Shown here: positions 12,043 to 21,730 of the stretch, piece by piece
Position numbering within the stretch: the stretch's first letter is position 1
How the letters are laid out: each line of letters begins with the position of its first letter
Assembly: GCA_020427635.1 (NCBI GenBank)
Contig: JAGQOH010000001.1
Coordinates: forward strand, 26,155 to 90,154
Origin: Phycisphaerales bacterium
GTDB lineage: Bacteria; Planctomycetota; Phycisphaerae; Phycisphaerales; UBA1924
Direction: 5' to 3'
DNA length: 64,000 nucleotides
Made by a program: the position numbers and the translations under genes
Notes under the pieces: model-generated
The model's input: the letters and a program-made list of their open reading frames with translations, nothing else
Told to the model about the DNA's origin: nothing
The model's database searches: none

Positions 12043-12721
12043 GGTCAAAGAATAGCCACGCGACGCGATTGGCGACGCGCTCCTGCAGGTTTGCGATCAC
12101 GACGGCGGTGCTCATGTCATTCTGTGTGTAGCCGACATCATCCGGGAAGGGGATGTAGAAATCCTTCGTGAAGCTGAAGTCGACAGCGCCCGGGTCCTCA
12201 GCTTCCACGACGCCGACGCGCACACCCGCGCGCCCATTCCATACATAGCGGTTGCCCGGCTCATACAACCGAAACTCATGCACATCGACAATGATCAAGC
12301 GCGTGACACCAAGGTGTTCCGCAACCTTGCCATAGGTCCAGGCCTCCCAGCGCGGGGTGGCGTATTGGAACTCAAGGACGCGCGGCCCTGGAACGACGCC
12401 CGTCGCTTGGATCTTGTCGTTGGCGCCGATCATGCGTTTGGAGACCGCGTTGGTCAGGACGCCGACCAGCTGCGGGTACTCGCCCGCGATGCCGCGCGTC
12501 GTCTGAATGACGACCGCATAGTTGTGGCCTGCCAGATCCTCGTACTCGGCGTACTTCAGCGAGCTGCCCGTGTCGTGGGCGCTTTGGGCCATGCCTCCGA
12601 TGAGGGCGGGGACCCAGCAACCGGCCATCGATGACAAGGCCGCCGCCAGGACGAGGACGAGGGCGAGGCCTGCGCGCGATCCACGTCGGTTTGGTTGGGC
12701 GGGCGGTTGGGTCAAGGTCAT
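12014..12721 (-). CDS. putative lipoprotein
   Basis: ATG start, signal peptide plus lipobox (LSSMAGC). Paralogous to the downstream gene. Confidence 0.5.
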   Translation of the reverse strand: MTLTQPPAQPNRRGSRAGLALVLVLAAALSSMAGCWVPALIGGMAQSAHDTGSSLKYAEYEDLAGHNYAVVIQTTRGIAGEYPQLVGVLTNAVSKRMIGANDKIQATGVVPGPRVLEFQYATPRWEAWTYGKVAEHLGVTRLIIVDVHEFRLYEPGNRYVWNGRAGVRVGVVEAEDPGAVDFSFTKDFYIPFPDDVGYTQNDMSTAVVIANLQERVANRVAWLFFDHDEPNRIEY

Positions 12722-12758
12722 GTCCTATTGGCACCGGACGTCGATTCGGTTCCGCTTG

Positions 12759-13226
12759 CTAGCCCCGTGCGAAGAGCAGTGTATAGCCCCAGCCCAGGAG
12801 CAGGCCCCCGACGAGCAGCCACGGGAGGCGCGGTGTGATGATTCGGCTGGCCGTCAGGCCAAGCGATGAACCCGTGCAGGCGACGTGGGTTGCGACCCAG
12901 AAGGTCACCGCAGCGAGCAGGGCCAGCAGTGCTCCGAAGGGCTGGCATTGCAGCGCCGCGACAGGGTGCAGGTGGGCGGCGTTGGAGAAGGCGGTTGTCA
13001 TGCCGCAGGTCGGGCAGGGGAGGTCGAAAACGCTCTTGAAGCTGCAGGGCGGCAGGCCCAGCTGCTGATGCGTGCCCATGCCCGTGGGGTCTGGTCGCAG
13101 GACAGCTGCGGTGACGAGGACCGCGAGGCAGCCAATCGAAATCAAGCCGGCCCAGACGCGATGCGTCGCATCTGCGCGTCTTGGGATACCCAGGGCCGAG
13201 GGGCCTTGTGTGGGTGACGGGGTCAC
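12759..13226 (-). CDS. DUF2752-like membrane protein
   Basis: CPxC pair (PPCSFKSVFDLPCPTCGMTTAF) between TM helices, as in DUF2752. GTG start. Confidence 0.55.
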   Translation of the reverse strand: MTPSPTQGPSALGIPRRADATHRVWAGLISIGCLAVLVTAAVLRPDPTGMGTHQQLGLPPCSFKSVFDLPCPTCGMTTAFSNAAHLHPVAALQCQPFGALLALLAAVTFWVATHVACTGSSLGLTASRIITPRLPWLLVGGLLLGWGYTLLFARG

Positions 13227-13238
13227 GCCCGAAGCGTA

Positions 13239-14057
13239 TCAGCCTTGGCCGACGCTCCAACGGAGGAAGCTCTTGACCGTGCCGCCACCCTTGAGGAGGT
13301 CTTTGATTTTGACGGAGGGGTCTTTGACGAAAGGCTGCTCGAGGAGGGCGAGGTCGGAGTAGAGCTTGTTGACCTTGCCATCGACGATCTTGGCAGCGAT
13401 CTCTTCGTTCTTGCCTTCTTCAATGGCCATCGCCATGGCGAGCTTGCGCTCGCGCTCGATCACCTCCGCGGGCACATCGTCGCGCGTCACGCCCTCTGGG
13501 CGCGGGACGGCGGCGGTGATGTGCATGCAGATGTCGCGGGCGACGTCATCCGCGACGGCGCCTTCGCACTGCAAAAGGACACCGGTCTTGCCATCGTGGT
13601 GGACATAGGTGCCGAACGAGCCGTTGCTGCCGGCATCGACCTTCTTGCAGCGTGCGACGGAGATGTTCTCGCCGGTCTTGATGCGGAGTTGGTCGACCAG
13701 GGCGCTCATTGCGTCGGTCGTTGCGACATCGCCTGCGGGGGCTTTGAGGGCAAGCTCGGCAATCTGTGCGGTTGCGGCGCCGAACTCATCGTTCTTGGCG
13801 GTGAAGTCGGTTTCGGCGCGAAGCTCGCAGATGGTCGCACTCTTGCCATCGGCAGCGACCTTGATGGCGATGCGGCCTTCGCCTGCGGCGCGGTCGGTGC
13901 GCGTGTCCATCTTGCCCTTCATCTTGACGCGGAGGGCTTCCTCGGCGGCGGCCATGTCGCCATTGGTTTCCATGAGCGCCTTCTTGCACTCCATCATGGA
14001 CAGGCCGGTCTTCTGACGAAGGTTCATTACTTCCTTGGCGCTGATCGTGGCAGTCAT
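13239..14057 (-). CDS. tsf: translation elongation factor Ts
   Basis: ISAKEVMNLRQKTGLSMMECKKALMETNGDMAAAEEALR UBA-like N-terminus. Located downstream of rpsB. Confidence 0.95.
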   Translation of the reverse strand: MTATISAKEVMNLRQKTGLSMMECKKALMETNGDMAAAEEALRVKMKGKMDTRTDRAAGEGRIAIKVAADGKSATICELRAETDFTAKNDEFGAATAQIAELALKAPAGDVATTDAMSALVDQLRIKTGENISVARCKKVDAGSNGSFGTYVHHDGKTGVLLQCEGAVADDVARDICMHITAAVPRPEGVTRDDVPAEVIERERKLAMAMAIEEGKNEEIAAKIVDGKVNKLYSDLALLEQPFVKDPSVKIKDLLKGGGTVKSFLRWSVGQG

Positions 14058-14150
14058 GATCGTCTCCGAGCGAACGGTTCGAGGATGGCGCGACAGGTGG
14101 TCGCGCGGGTCAGTGTGATGGGATGTCGTACCTGCGTTGCGAAGTGAACG

Positions 14151-15020
14151 TCAGCTGGTCGTGCCGGGCGCCGCGGACGTGGCCGAGGCGACTGCGGACT
14201 CGTCACCCTCGTCGTCGGCAACTGGGCTGGCTTCGGCGGCACGGAACTGGGCCCGACTGCTGCGGCGCGGTTGGTTCTTGTCGGCGGCGCCTTCGGCGGA
14301 CTCGCGCTCGCCTGTCTGCGTGACGCGGCGGGTCTTGCCATCGGTGATCGCGCTGCAGAGCTCGCGGATGACGACGTCGATTGAGCGCATCGAGTCGTCG
14401 TTGCCAGGGATCGGGATGTCGGCGAGTTCCGGGTTGCCATCGGTATCGATCAGGCAGATCGTCGGGATGCCCAGCTTGCGGGCCTCGAGCAGCGCGTTGC
14501 GCTCGCGCTTCACGTCAATCACGACCAGCGCACCGGGCAGCTTGGTCATGTTGCGGATGCCTTCGAGGTTGCGCTTGATCTTGCGCATCTCGCGGCGGAG
14601 CTGCGACTCCATCTTCTTGGAGTAGCTTTCGAAGTTGTCGCCCTGTTCGATCGTCTCGAGCTCTTCGAGGCGCTTGAGGCGGGAACGAATAGTGCGGAAG
14701 TTCGTGAAGGTGCCACCCAGCCAACGCTCGGTGACCCAGTGCATGCCCACGTCGCCAACGCGCGTCTGCAGCACGTCGCGGGCTTGGCGCTTTGTGCCAA
14801 CGAAGCAGACGTCTTTGCCCGACGCTGTTACGTTGGTCAGGAATTTGCGCGCTAAAAGGAGACCTTTGATGGTCTCCTTGATGTCGATGATATGGATGGC
14901 GTTGCGCTTGCCGTAAATGAACCGACCCATGCGGGGGTTCCAGTTGCTGGAGCGCTGGCCAAAGTGAATGCCAGCTTCTACCAGGTCTTTCACAAGCGAT
15001 TGTGTTTGGTTGTCGGCCAT
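14151..15020 (-). CDS. rpsB: 30S ribosomal protein S2
   Basis: ORF 14151..15110. ATG at 15020 gives MADNQTQSLVKDLVEAGIHFGQRSSNWNPRM...; acidic/Ala-rich C-terminal tail. Confidence 0.95.
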   Translation of the reverse strand: MADNQTQSLVKDLVEAGIHFGQRSSNWNPRMGRFIYGKRNAIHIIDIKETIKGLLLARKFLTNVTASGKDVCFVGTKRQARDVLQTRVGDVGMHWVTERWLGGTFTNFRTIRSRLKRLEELETIEQGDNFESYSKKMESQLRREMRKIKRNLEGIRNMTKLPGALVVIDVKRERNALLEARKLGIPTICLIDTDGNPELADIPIPGNDDSMRSIDVVIRELCSAITDGKTRRVTQTGERESAEGAADKNQPRRSSRAQFRAAEASPVADDEGDESAVASATSAAPGTTS

Positions 15021-15375
15021 GACGGGCAGTCCTGTCTGTGTTTCTCGTGCAGCGGAACCCGCGAGCGAGGGATCGGGAGTCGGCAGGGTCCAACGCACCT
15101 TGCCGACCACGCTCGCGCAAGGTCGCTTCTGGTTTGGCGTGCCGCTTGGGCTCGCCTCTCTTCAATGAATAGTCCTCGGCCCCGTGCGCACGTCCATCGC
15201 CCGATGCCGTTCAAGCCCAGGCCGGTCCGCCTGAGCCCACCGTGGGACAGTGTAGCAGGGGGGGCGGGAATCGCAAAGGGAGGGGCCAGCGGGCAGGCGT
15301 GGTGAGGCAACCGGGGTGCCGCCCGCCGGTGGAACTGGTGGTATCGGGTCCGATTCCGAAGGAGGAAACGCGATC

Positions 15376-16456
15376 ATGCGGCTCGCCCGAACGCCCCCAA
15401 TCGTGTTTCTCTTGGTCGCAGTTCAAGTCTCCGAGGCTCGACAGGCGGACAACGCACCGACCCAACTCGCCCAATACCCCGGCGCCCCGCATGAGGACCG
15501 AGCCGGGAACCTCTGGTTCAGCACAGTGGAAGAGGGGCTGATTCGGTACGACGGCGAGGCGTTCACCACCTTCACGACCAAGGATGGGCTCGGGGGCGAC
15601 ACGATTCGGCAGATCCTTGAGGAGCCCGATGGCACGCTTTGGATTGCGACGACGGGCGGCTTGACGAAGTACGACGGCGAATCGTTTACGACGCTGACGG
15701 CGTATGAGGGCCCAGTTCCCACGCGCGGGTTTGGTGAGCAAGGGTTCCATCGCGATTTGTGGGACGTGATCATTGACAGACGTGGCGAGATGTGGATCGC
15801 CACGATGGATGGCGTGTTCCGCTATGACGGGAAGTCGTTTGTGCGATTCCAACTGCCCGTTGTGGCGTCGAAGGAGAAGTCGGAGTTCACGCCGAGGATG
15901 GTCTATTGCATCTTCGAAGATGCGAAGGGCGACTTGTGGTTTGGAACGGACGGCGCGGGCGCTGTGCGATATGACGGCACCGAGTTTGTTGTGTACACGA
16001 TGGAAGACAATGGGTTGTGTGGTGACCAAGTCTGCGCGATCTTGCAAGATGGCCGCGGCGACTACTGGTTCGGCACCTCGAATGGCGGTGTGAGCAAGTT
16101 TGACGGGCGAACGTTTTCCACCTGCCTGAGAACCAAGGAGTTCTCCAAGCACACCGGGTGGGGGCGGTTCATGAGCATTACGGAAGACCGCATTGGCAAC
16201 GTGTGGTTCGGCGTGTCAGCGCAGGGCGGCGGCGTGGGACGGCGAGGCGTTTACGTATTTCAATGACGCGGACGGGCTGGGCGGTGGGGGTGTGCCGAGC
16301 ATCCGCGAAGACAGGCAAGGGACGATGTGGTTTGGGACGACCGCAGGGGTGTATTGGTTTGATGGGCAGAGATTCAACAACTTCACGCGAGATGAGCCTG
16401 CGCGGCCGGTGCGCGACCGACCGCTGCCCTCCAACCAGACCACTCCGCCTCAATAG
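15376..16456 (+). pseudogene. two-component-regulator-propeller (Reg_prop-like) repeat protein, apparent frameshift near 16226-16236
   Basis: ORF 15316..16266 (signal peptide from the ATG at 15376) has LWFxT..GLxxYDGxxFTxFT repeats. ORF 16193..16456, in another frame, continues the same repeat (WDGEAFTYFNDADGL...MWFGTTAGVYWFDGQRFNNFT). The frames switch inside ggcggcggcgtggg. Confidence 0.6.
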
Positions 16457-16569
16457 AGGCTACCGTCGGGGCGTGGGCTGATCGGGCCAACGTTGCCGCG
16501 TCCCTCGCCCGATGCTACGGTTGACCTTCTCGGGCAGGTCCCGGGGTGTTTGAGAGAGAAAACGACGAC

Positions 16570-16644
<75 letters not shown>

Positions 16645-16770
16645 TAGAGATAACTGTCGAGTAGCAAACGGCCTAGCGCTCGACAATGCAAGCCATGGAG
16701 GCCACTCATCGACTCGTTTTAGGGTCGGACTCGCGAAAGTCCGACCCCGAAGCAGGTCCGAGGAGCCTCC

Positions 16771-18051
16771 ATGCGTCGGATCAAAAAGCGCAAGAAAACC
16801 ATCCCTGAACCGAGGTTGCTTGGCAACGGCTCGGCGGGCGTCAACTTCGCAGGCACGCGCATCACGCTCGGTCCTTGGGATCACGAACAGCACTGTCCGA
16901 GTCCACTTGCGAGTCTCACATACGCGCACTTGCTCGCCGCGTGGGAGGCCAAGGGCAGGAAGCCGCTTCCCGGCGAAGCCATCGAAGCGATCAGGGAACG
17001 CGCACGCGCGGAACTCAACGGCGGTTCATCACGAAAGCGCGAACCGAGCAAGACCGTTGGTGACTTGATCGACGAGTATGTTCGGTTGAAGTCCGAGGAT
17101 CAGCGGCACGCGGTCACACCATCCACACAACGGACGATCCGCCATCATCTCATTTGGTTCCAAGAGCGCTACGGGGCGATGCCCGCGGAGACGTTCGGGA
17201 TTGCGCACCTTGAAGAGTCGCAGCAGATTCTCATCGCCCAGCAGCGCTGCAACTACAGGACGATCAACCTGCGCATCCGCACGCTCATCGCCGCGTACAA
17301 GCGGGGGGTGCAACTTGGATGGGTCGAGCCGACGCAGATCGTGGCGCTCACGGCGATCACACATCTCAGCGTCCGCTCAAAGGGCGTCAAGCCTCGCTAC
17401 GTCGCTTCCAGGAAGTGGAACGGCGTACCCGATGACATCTTCGAGGCGACGCTCAAGCACGTTCAGCTGCCGATGGTCCGCGATATGTTGCGGCTGCTCC
17501 GGTTGACGGGCATGCGCTGCGGGGAGTTGTGCGCGATGACCCTCAGCGAGGTGGACATGTCAGGCGATGTCTGGGTCTACATGCCAACGGAGCACAAGAC
17601 CGCGCACAAGGGCAAAGAACGACCGATCGTCCTCGGCCCGCGTGCGCAGACGATCCTCCAGCAGTACATGCACACGGACCTCAAGCGTCCGCTCTTCTCA
17701 CCACGCGAGGCGATGGAGGCCTTCTGGGCGGAGCGCCGTGCAAACCGAAAGTGGCATCCTTCGACGAACAAGGCGCGCGATGCGCGATTCCGCGAGGAGC
17801 CGAAGCATCGACTTGGCAAGCAGTGGTCGAGCGCGGCGATCGGGCGGGCGGTCACGCGAGCCTGTGAGCGGGCGAAGGTCGACCACTGGTCGCCCCATCG
17901 ACTTCGGCACGCCTACATCAACGACATTCGGCGGGAGTTCGGCGAGGAAGTCGCGCAGAAGCTTGTGGGTCACGCCAGCGCGGAGATGACGCGGCAGTAT
18001 GGCGATGCGGATTTGCGGGCGATGGCCGAGGCTGCGAGGAAGGTTGGTTAG
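16771..18051 (+). CDS. int: tyrosine recombinase / integrase (int1)
   Basis: ATG preceded by aggagc. Catalytic pattern LTGMRCGE (R) ... HRLRHAY (HxxR) ... GHAS ... RQY (Tyr). 125 nt downstream of tRNA-Pro. Confidence 0.85.
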   Translation: MRRIKKRKKTIPEPRLLGNGSAGVNFAGTRITLGPWDHEQHCPSPLASLTYAHLLAAWEAKGRKPLPGEAIEAIRERARAELNGGSSRKREPSKTVGDLIDEYVRLKSEDQRHAVTPSTQRTIRHHLIWFQERYGAMPAETFGIAHLEESQQILIAQQRCNYRTINLRIRTLIAAYKRGVQLGWVEPTQIVALTAITHLSVRSKGVKPRYVASRKWNGVPDDIFEATLKHVQLPMVRDMLRLLRLTGMRCGELCAMTLSEVDMSGDVWVYMPTEHKTAHKGKERPIVLGPRAQTILQQYMHTDLKRPLFSPREAMEAFWAERRANRKWHPSTNKARDARFREEPKHRLGKQWSSAAIGRAVTRACERAKVDHWSPHRLRHAYINDIRREFGEEVAQKLVGHASAEMTRQYGDADLRAMAEAARKVG

Positions 18052-20528
18052 GCGTCTCGATACCGCCAGTGGAGCTTCTTGGTCTCCCAGACGACTCCTT
18101 CTAGAGCCTGCTCGTCTCGGTATTGCTCAAAGAGTCGCTGGATGTTTTCTGGGAGTTCATCATCGCCGGGGTAGGCGAGGAGAACGCGATTCGGGAGTAG
18201 GTCTATCGCCACAGCGGCGAGTTTGTCTACATCCTCCTCGTCGAATCCACTTACTTTGCTCTTCACCTCACCGATCACCAACTCGCCGTTCACGAAACAC
18301 ACGAGGTCAAGGTCTGTGAAAGGTTGTTTGCTTCCGCTCTCGAACACATCCAAGGAGGGAAGCACTGCGGGGGTATGGCTGTGCATCCCACTCGAAACGA
18401 CTTCGAGGGCTTGAATCACTGCTACTACACCCCGACGCCGAATCGCTTCTTGGGCGAGCGTGTTGACCTGATAGAACCACGGAGGTTCAGAGTCAAGCAG
18501 GTTCTTCGCTCCGCAACCGGAACAAGTCAGAGTTGAGGCTATCTCGTCGACATAGACCCACTGCTTCGTAAGACAACGGTCGCAAGTGAACTCGGTGCCC
18601 ATCCGGAGAATGTCTCGGTGGATGAGCGAATCGAGTTCGTCGTTCATCTCATGGTGTTCCCAAGAAGCGTATTTCCAGTAGCCGTGCTCCGGGTTCTTTT
18701 TCCTTGCCTTGCCGCCCAGAGTGCCGAACAAGGTCTGTAGCTGGTTTTTCGTGAACCCCGGTGCATTCCGAGGAGAGGTTTGTATCGAGCCCGCGAGGTA
18801 GCTAGCCGCTTCATCAAGGCCAGCATGTTCTTGCAACTCCTCTATGCTCCGCACGTCAAGTCCTGCAAGTAATCCTGGCCTTTGCTCTCTCATCCGTAGC
18901 AACGCACGTCTCACTGACTGCTCCGTCACTCCCGGAGATAGCTTTGGACCTAGCACCATCTGATGCAGAGCCGGCCCCCAAAATGGATCGCCCAGAATGT
19001 AAGCAGTCTGATATGGCGAGCCGAATAGTCGAACGAGTGCTCCTAGGAATTGTCCTTCATCCGAGACGCGACACTTTGTGAACCGTGTCTCGCGTTTGAG
19101 ATGAACTTCTCCGACACCAGCTTGACTCATCCAGTTGTGAAAGAGTCCTCCCGGTGTTGGAAGGTGCACATATATTGGTTCCTCTCGGTTCGACATCGCT
19201 CGGCATGGCAACCGGGTCCGCTCGATCCGACGAACCGGGCAGCTAGGGAAGATCGCGGCGGCCAATCCCTGCCTCTGCGGAAGTTGCCAGATCAAGTCCC
19301 CGGAAACAGACTCGTCGATGTACGGGATGGTGAAGTCGACCATGAAGCAATCTTGACTTGACGGTCCTTCGAGGAAGTCAGGGAGGCGGACTTCGACAGC
19401 GGCTACTCCTTGGCTGACGTCGCAAAGGTGATTGCGGCTTAGGGATCTGCCGCTTGGTGCCGCCCAGTCCTGCCACATCGACGCATGTGGGTAAAAGCTT
19501 GGGGCACCGGGCAGCCCAAGGTCCCCTTCCGGAACGTCCTTGGCTTCAAACTTCAATTGCCATTGCTTCCCCAGGCCTTCCGCGATCGGAGCGAGTGACG
19601 CGGAAGCCTCGCTGCAGCTGACGACCAGACCTTGTTTCGTTTGCTGATTCCCCTCCGAATAGTTGTGGTCGATCCAATCGCGAAGTTGAGACAGAGACGC
19701 CTTATCATTCGCGAGCATCGAAGGAACCCATGCCACAGCCCTGTTGCGTTGAAGCGGATGACGAGACATTCGGATGGCTCGGAACAGCAAGAGATCATCG
19801 AGTGAGTCTCCAACCACGACGGTAAACCGGTGTTCATAGATGCCGCCCTCTGAGGTGAGCGGCCATGCTCGCCAAGCTGAGAGATCGTCGGGCGAGAAGG
19901 TGCCGCGATGTCGGTTTCCGAGAAGTAACTGGGAGAGCTTGGGCCCGTCGTAGTGGTCGAATCCGAGGTCGGAATAAGGAGCCTCTCGAAGTGCATCAAT
20001 TGTCTCTAGGTCATTGAAGAGCGTTCCGAAGTTGACGGCGATGAATCGCCCATGGATGTCATTGCCAGCGTTCCCGTGGATGAACTGAATGAGAGGTTGG
20101 AAGTGGGTTCTCGCGAGCCTTGCGATGGCCTGCGGAATCGACTTGATTCCAGTTGGTGTGTATCGCTGGAATACGCTCGGAGCGTGAAGTGCTTTTTCGA
20201 TCGGGAATCGAGCATTGATCTGGAAGATAGCGGGTGCGATATGCCGGTTGATCCACTTCGAGGTGTCGTCCGAGAGTCCGCGAAGGGCATAGATGCAATC
20301 AGGATCGGTGGCAATGAGTAGACGCTTCCATGCCTCTGATATCTCACCGTTCCTCGCAGGAACGATCGCGTTGTATCGACCGCCCCATCGCGTGCTGAAG
20401 TAGCACGAGAGCTCCTCGAAGTCCGCAACGGCCGTCTCCGCGTCGGCGTCGATGACGACGGCGACTCGCATCGGGCGAGGTGTAGCTCGGATCATAATGG
20501 ATTGGTCGGGGAGAGGGCGAGGGAACAT
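18048..20528 (-). CDS. orphan 826-aa protein with C-terminal zinc ribbon and PD-(D/E)xK-like nuclease motif
   Basis: ORF 18048..20714. ATG at 20528 lies 24 nt after the upstream stop. C-terminus has CDRC-x17-CSGC, then FTDLDLVCFVNGELVIGEVKSK (D...ExK). No family recognised in the N-terminal ~650 aa. AT-richer than the host. Confidence 0.7.
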   Translation of the reverse strand: MFPRPLPDQSIMIRATPRPMRVAVVIDADAETAVADFEELSCYFSTRWGGRYNAIVPARNGEISEAWKRLLIATDPDCIYALRGLSDDTSKWINRHIAPAIFQINARFPIEKALHAPSVFQRYTPTGIKSIPQAIARLARTHFQPLIQFIHGNAGNDIHGRFIAVNFGTLFNDLETIDALREAPYSDLGFDHYDGPKLSQLLLGNRHRGTFSPDDLSAWRAWPLTSEGGIYEHRFTVVVGDSLDDLLLFRAIRMSRHPLQRNRAVAWVPSMLANDKASLSQLRDWIDHNYSEGNQQTKQGLVVSCSEASASLAPIAEGLGKQWQLKFEAKDVPEGDLGLPGAPSFYPHASMWQDWAAPSGRSLSRNHLCDVSQGVAAVEVRLPDFLEGPSSQDCFMVDFTIPYIDESVSGDLIWQLPQRQGLAAAIFPSCPVRRIERTRLPCRAMSNREEPIYVHLPTPGGLFHNWMSQAGVGEVHLKRETRFTKCRVSDEGQFLGALVRLFGSPYQTAYILGDPFWGPALHQMVLGPKLSPGVTEQSVRRALLRMREQRPGLLAGLDVRSIEELQEHAGLDEAASYLAGSIQTSPRNAPGFTKNQLQTLFGTLGGKARKKNPEHGYWKYASWEHHEMNDELDSLIHRDILRMGTEFTCDRCLTKQWVYVDEIASTLTCSGCGAKNLLDSEPPWFYQVNTLAQEAIRRRGVVAVIQALEVVSSGMHSHTPAVLPSLDVFESGSKQPFTDLDLVCFVNGELVIGEVKSKVSGFDEEDVDKLAAVAIDLLPNRVLLAYPGDDELPENIQRLFEQYRDEQALEGVVWETKKLHWRYRDA

Positions 20529-20551
20529 CACTCCAGTATTGCAACTGAGAG

Positions 20552-21694
20552 CTACCTGCGGCGTTTGGTTAGCATTGGTAAGCACAGCACTACCAGCGAG
20601 CTTGGCGCCGGGATCGTTGCTACCCAAGCCTCTTGATGGCCGCTGGGGTTGAAGCCAGTCCCGACGAGGGTCATTCCATCCGCCGACACGGCGAACCCAT
20701 CGGTGAGATGCCACCCGGTCATGTCAAGCCCAAGGTCATCGCTGAGGAAGTCTTCGACCAGTCGGAATCCGGTGGCTTGCGTCCAGAGGAACGCCGCACC
20801 GCCGGGATACTGCGCGATGTCTGCGCGACCAATGACAACCGACCCATCATCGCTTACGCCGCGGGCTTCGCTGTCGAGTCCATTGCCACCGGTGACCCCG
20901 AGGCCAATCACGCCAGTTGCTTCTGACCAAAGGAATGCTTCGGTGATGCTGAAGCCGCCAAAGTTGGAGCCACCTGCGCCGACGATGAACGCGCCGTCTC
21001 CACTCACGCCGTAGGCCGCGGTTGGCGTCACTCCATCGCCCGACGGAAGCGCGACCATCCCGTCAGATGGTGTCCATCGGAAAGCGGCCATCCCAACGGG
21101 ACCATTTGCATTTGAACCGACGATCACCGAGCCATCGCTATTCGCAGCAGTTGCGAAGCCGCCGCGCGAGAAAGCTCCAGGAAGTGTCCCGAGTTCGACC
21201 ATCCCCTCAGACTGAGTCCAACGGAAGGGTCGATCACTAAACGTCGCACCGTAGAGCGTTGAGGACTGTCCGACTACGACATTGCCATCGCCGGAGATTC
21301 CTAGAGCTTGGCTATAGAAGTTTGCGCCCGGAAGATCGCCGAGGCCGACCATCCCGCCAGTGCTCCAGTGAAACGCTTCCCATCCATCTGGTGAGCTACT
21401 TGAGCCTGTGATAAACATGCCGTCATCGCTGACACTGTGCGCGCTGCTGGCAAATGCTCCGCCGGGAAGATCACCAATTCCGACAAGACCTGATTCGCGG
21501 GTCCAGCGAAATGCTTCTTGTCCCGTTGCTGAGTTGCCCCATCCGACAACGACCGAGCCGTCTGCACTCACGGAGCTTGCGACGCTCTGGAATGTTCCAC
21601 CTGCGAAGTCGCCAAGCCCCGTGAATGATGGTGCGGATGCAAGCACCGAATGCGCGGAGATCAGCGCAACGGTCAAAGCCGATAGCTTGTGCAT
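20552..21694 (-). CDS. HAF-family extracellular repeat protein with PEP-CTERM anchor
   Basis: ORF 20552..21730. ATG at 21694 gives a signal peptide (MHKLSALTVALISAHSVLA), about 8 repeats of S.DGsvvvG....eAFrWt...Gmv.LG.LpG, and the C-terminal IPAPSSLVVLCLPMLTKRRR. Confidence 0.8.
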   Translation of the reverse strand: MHKLSALTVALISAHSVLASAPSFTGLGDFAGGTFQSVASSVSADGSVVVGWGNSATGQEAFRWTRESGLVGIGDLPGGAFASSAHSVSDDGMFITGSSSSPDGWEAFHWSTGGMVGLGDLPGANFYSQALGISGDGNVVVGQSSTLYGATFSDRPFRWTQSEGMVELGTLPGAFSRGGFATAANSDGSVIVGSNANGPVGMAAFRWTPSDGMVALPSGDGVTPTAAYGVSGDGAFIVGAGGSNFGGFSITEAFLWSEATGVIGLGVTGGNGLDSEARGVSDDGSVVIGRADIAQYPGGAAFLWTQATGFRLVEDFLSDDLGLDMTGWHLTDGFAVSADGMTLVGTGFNPSGHQEAWVATIPAPSSLVVLCLPMLTKRRR

Positions 21695-21730
21695 GGTCCC
21701 TTCCCTCCTAAGGAGGGACGATCTTCGCAC

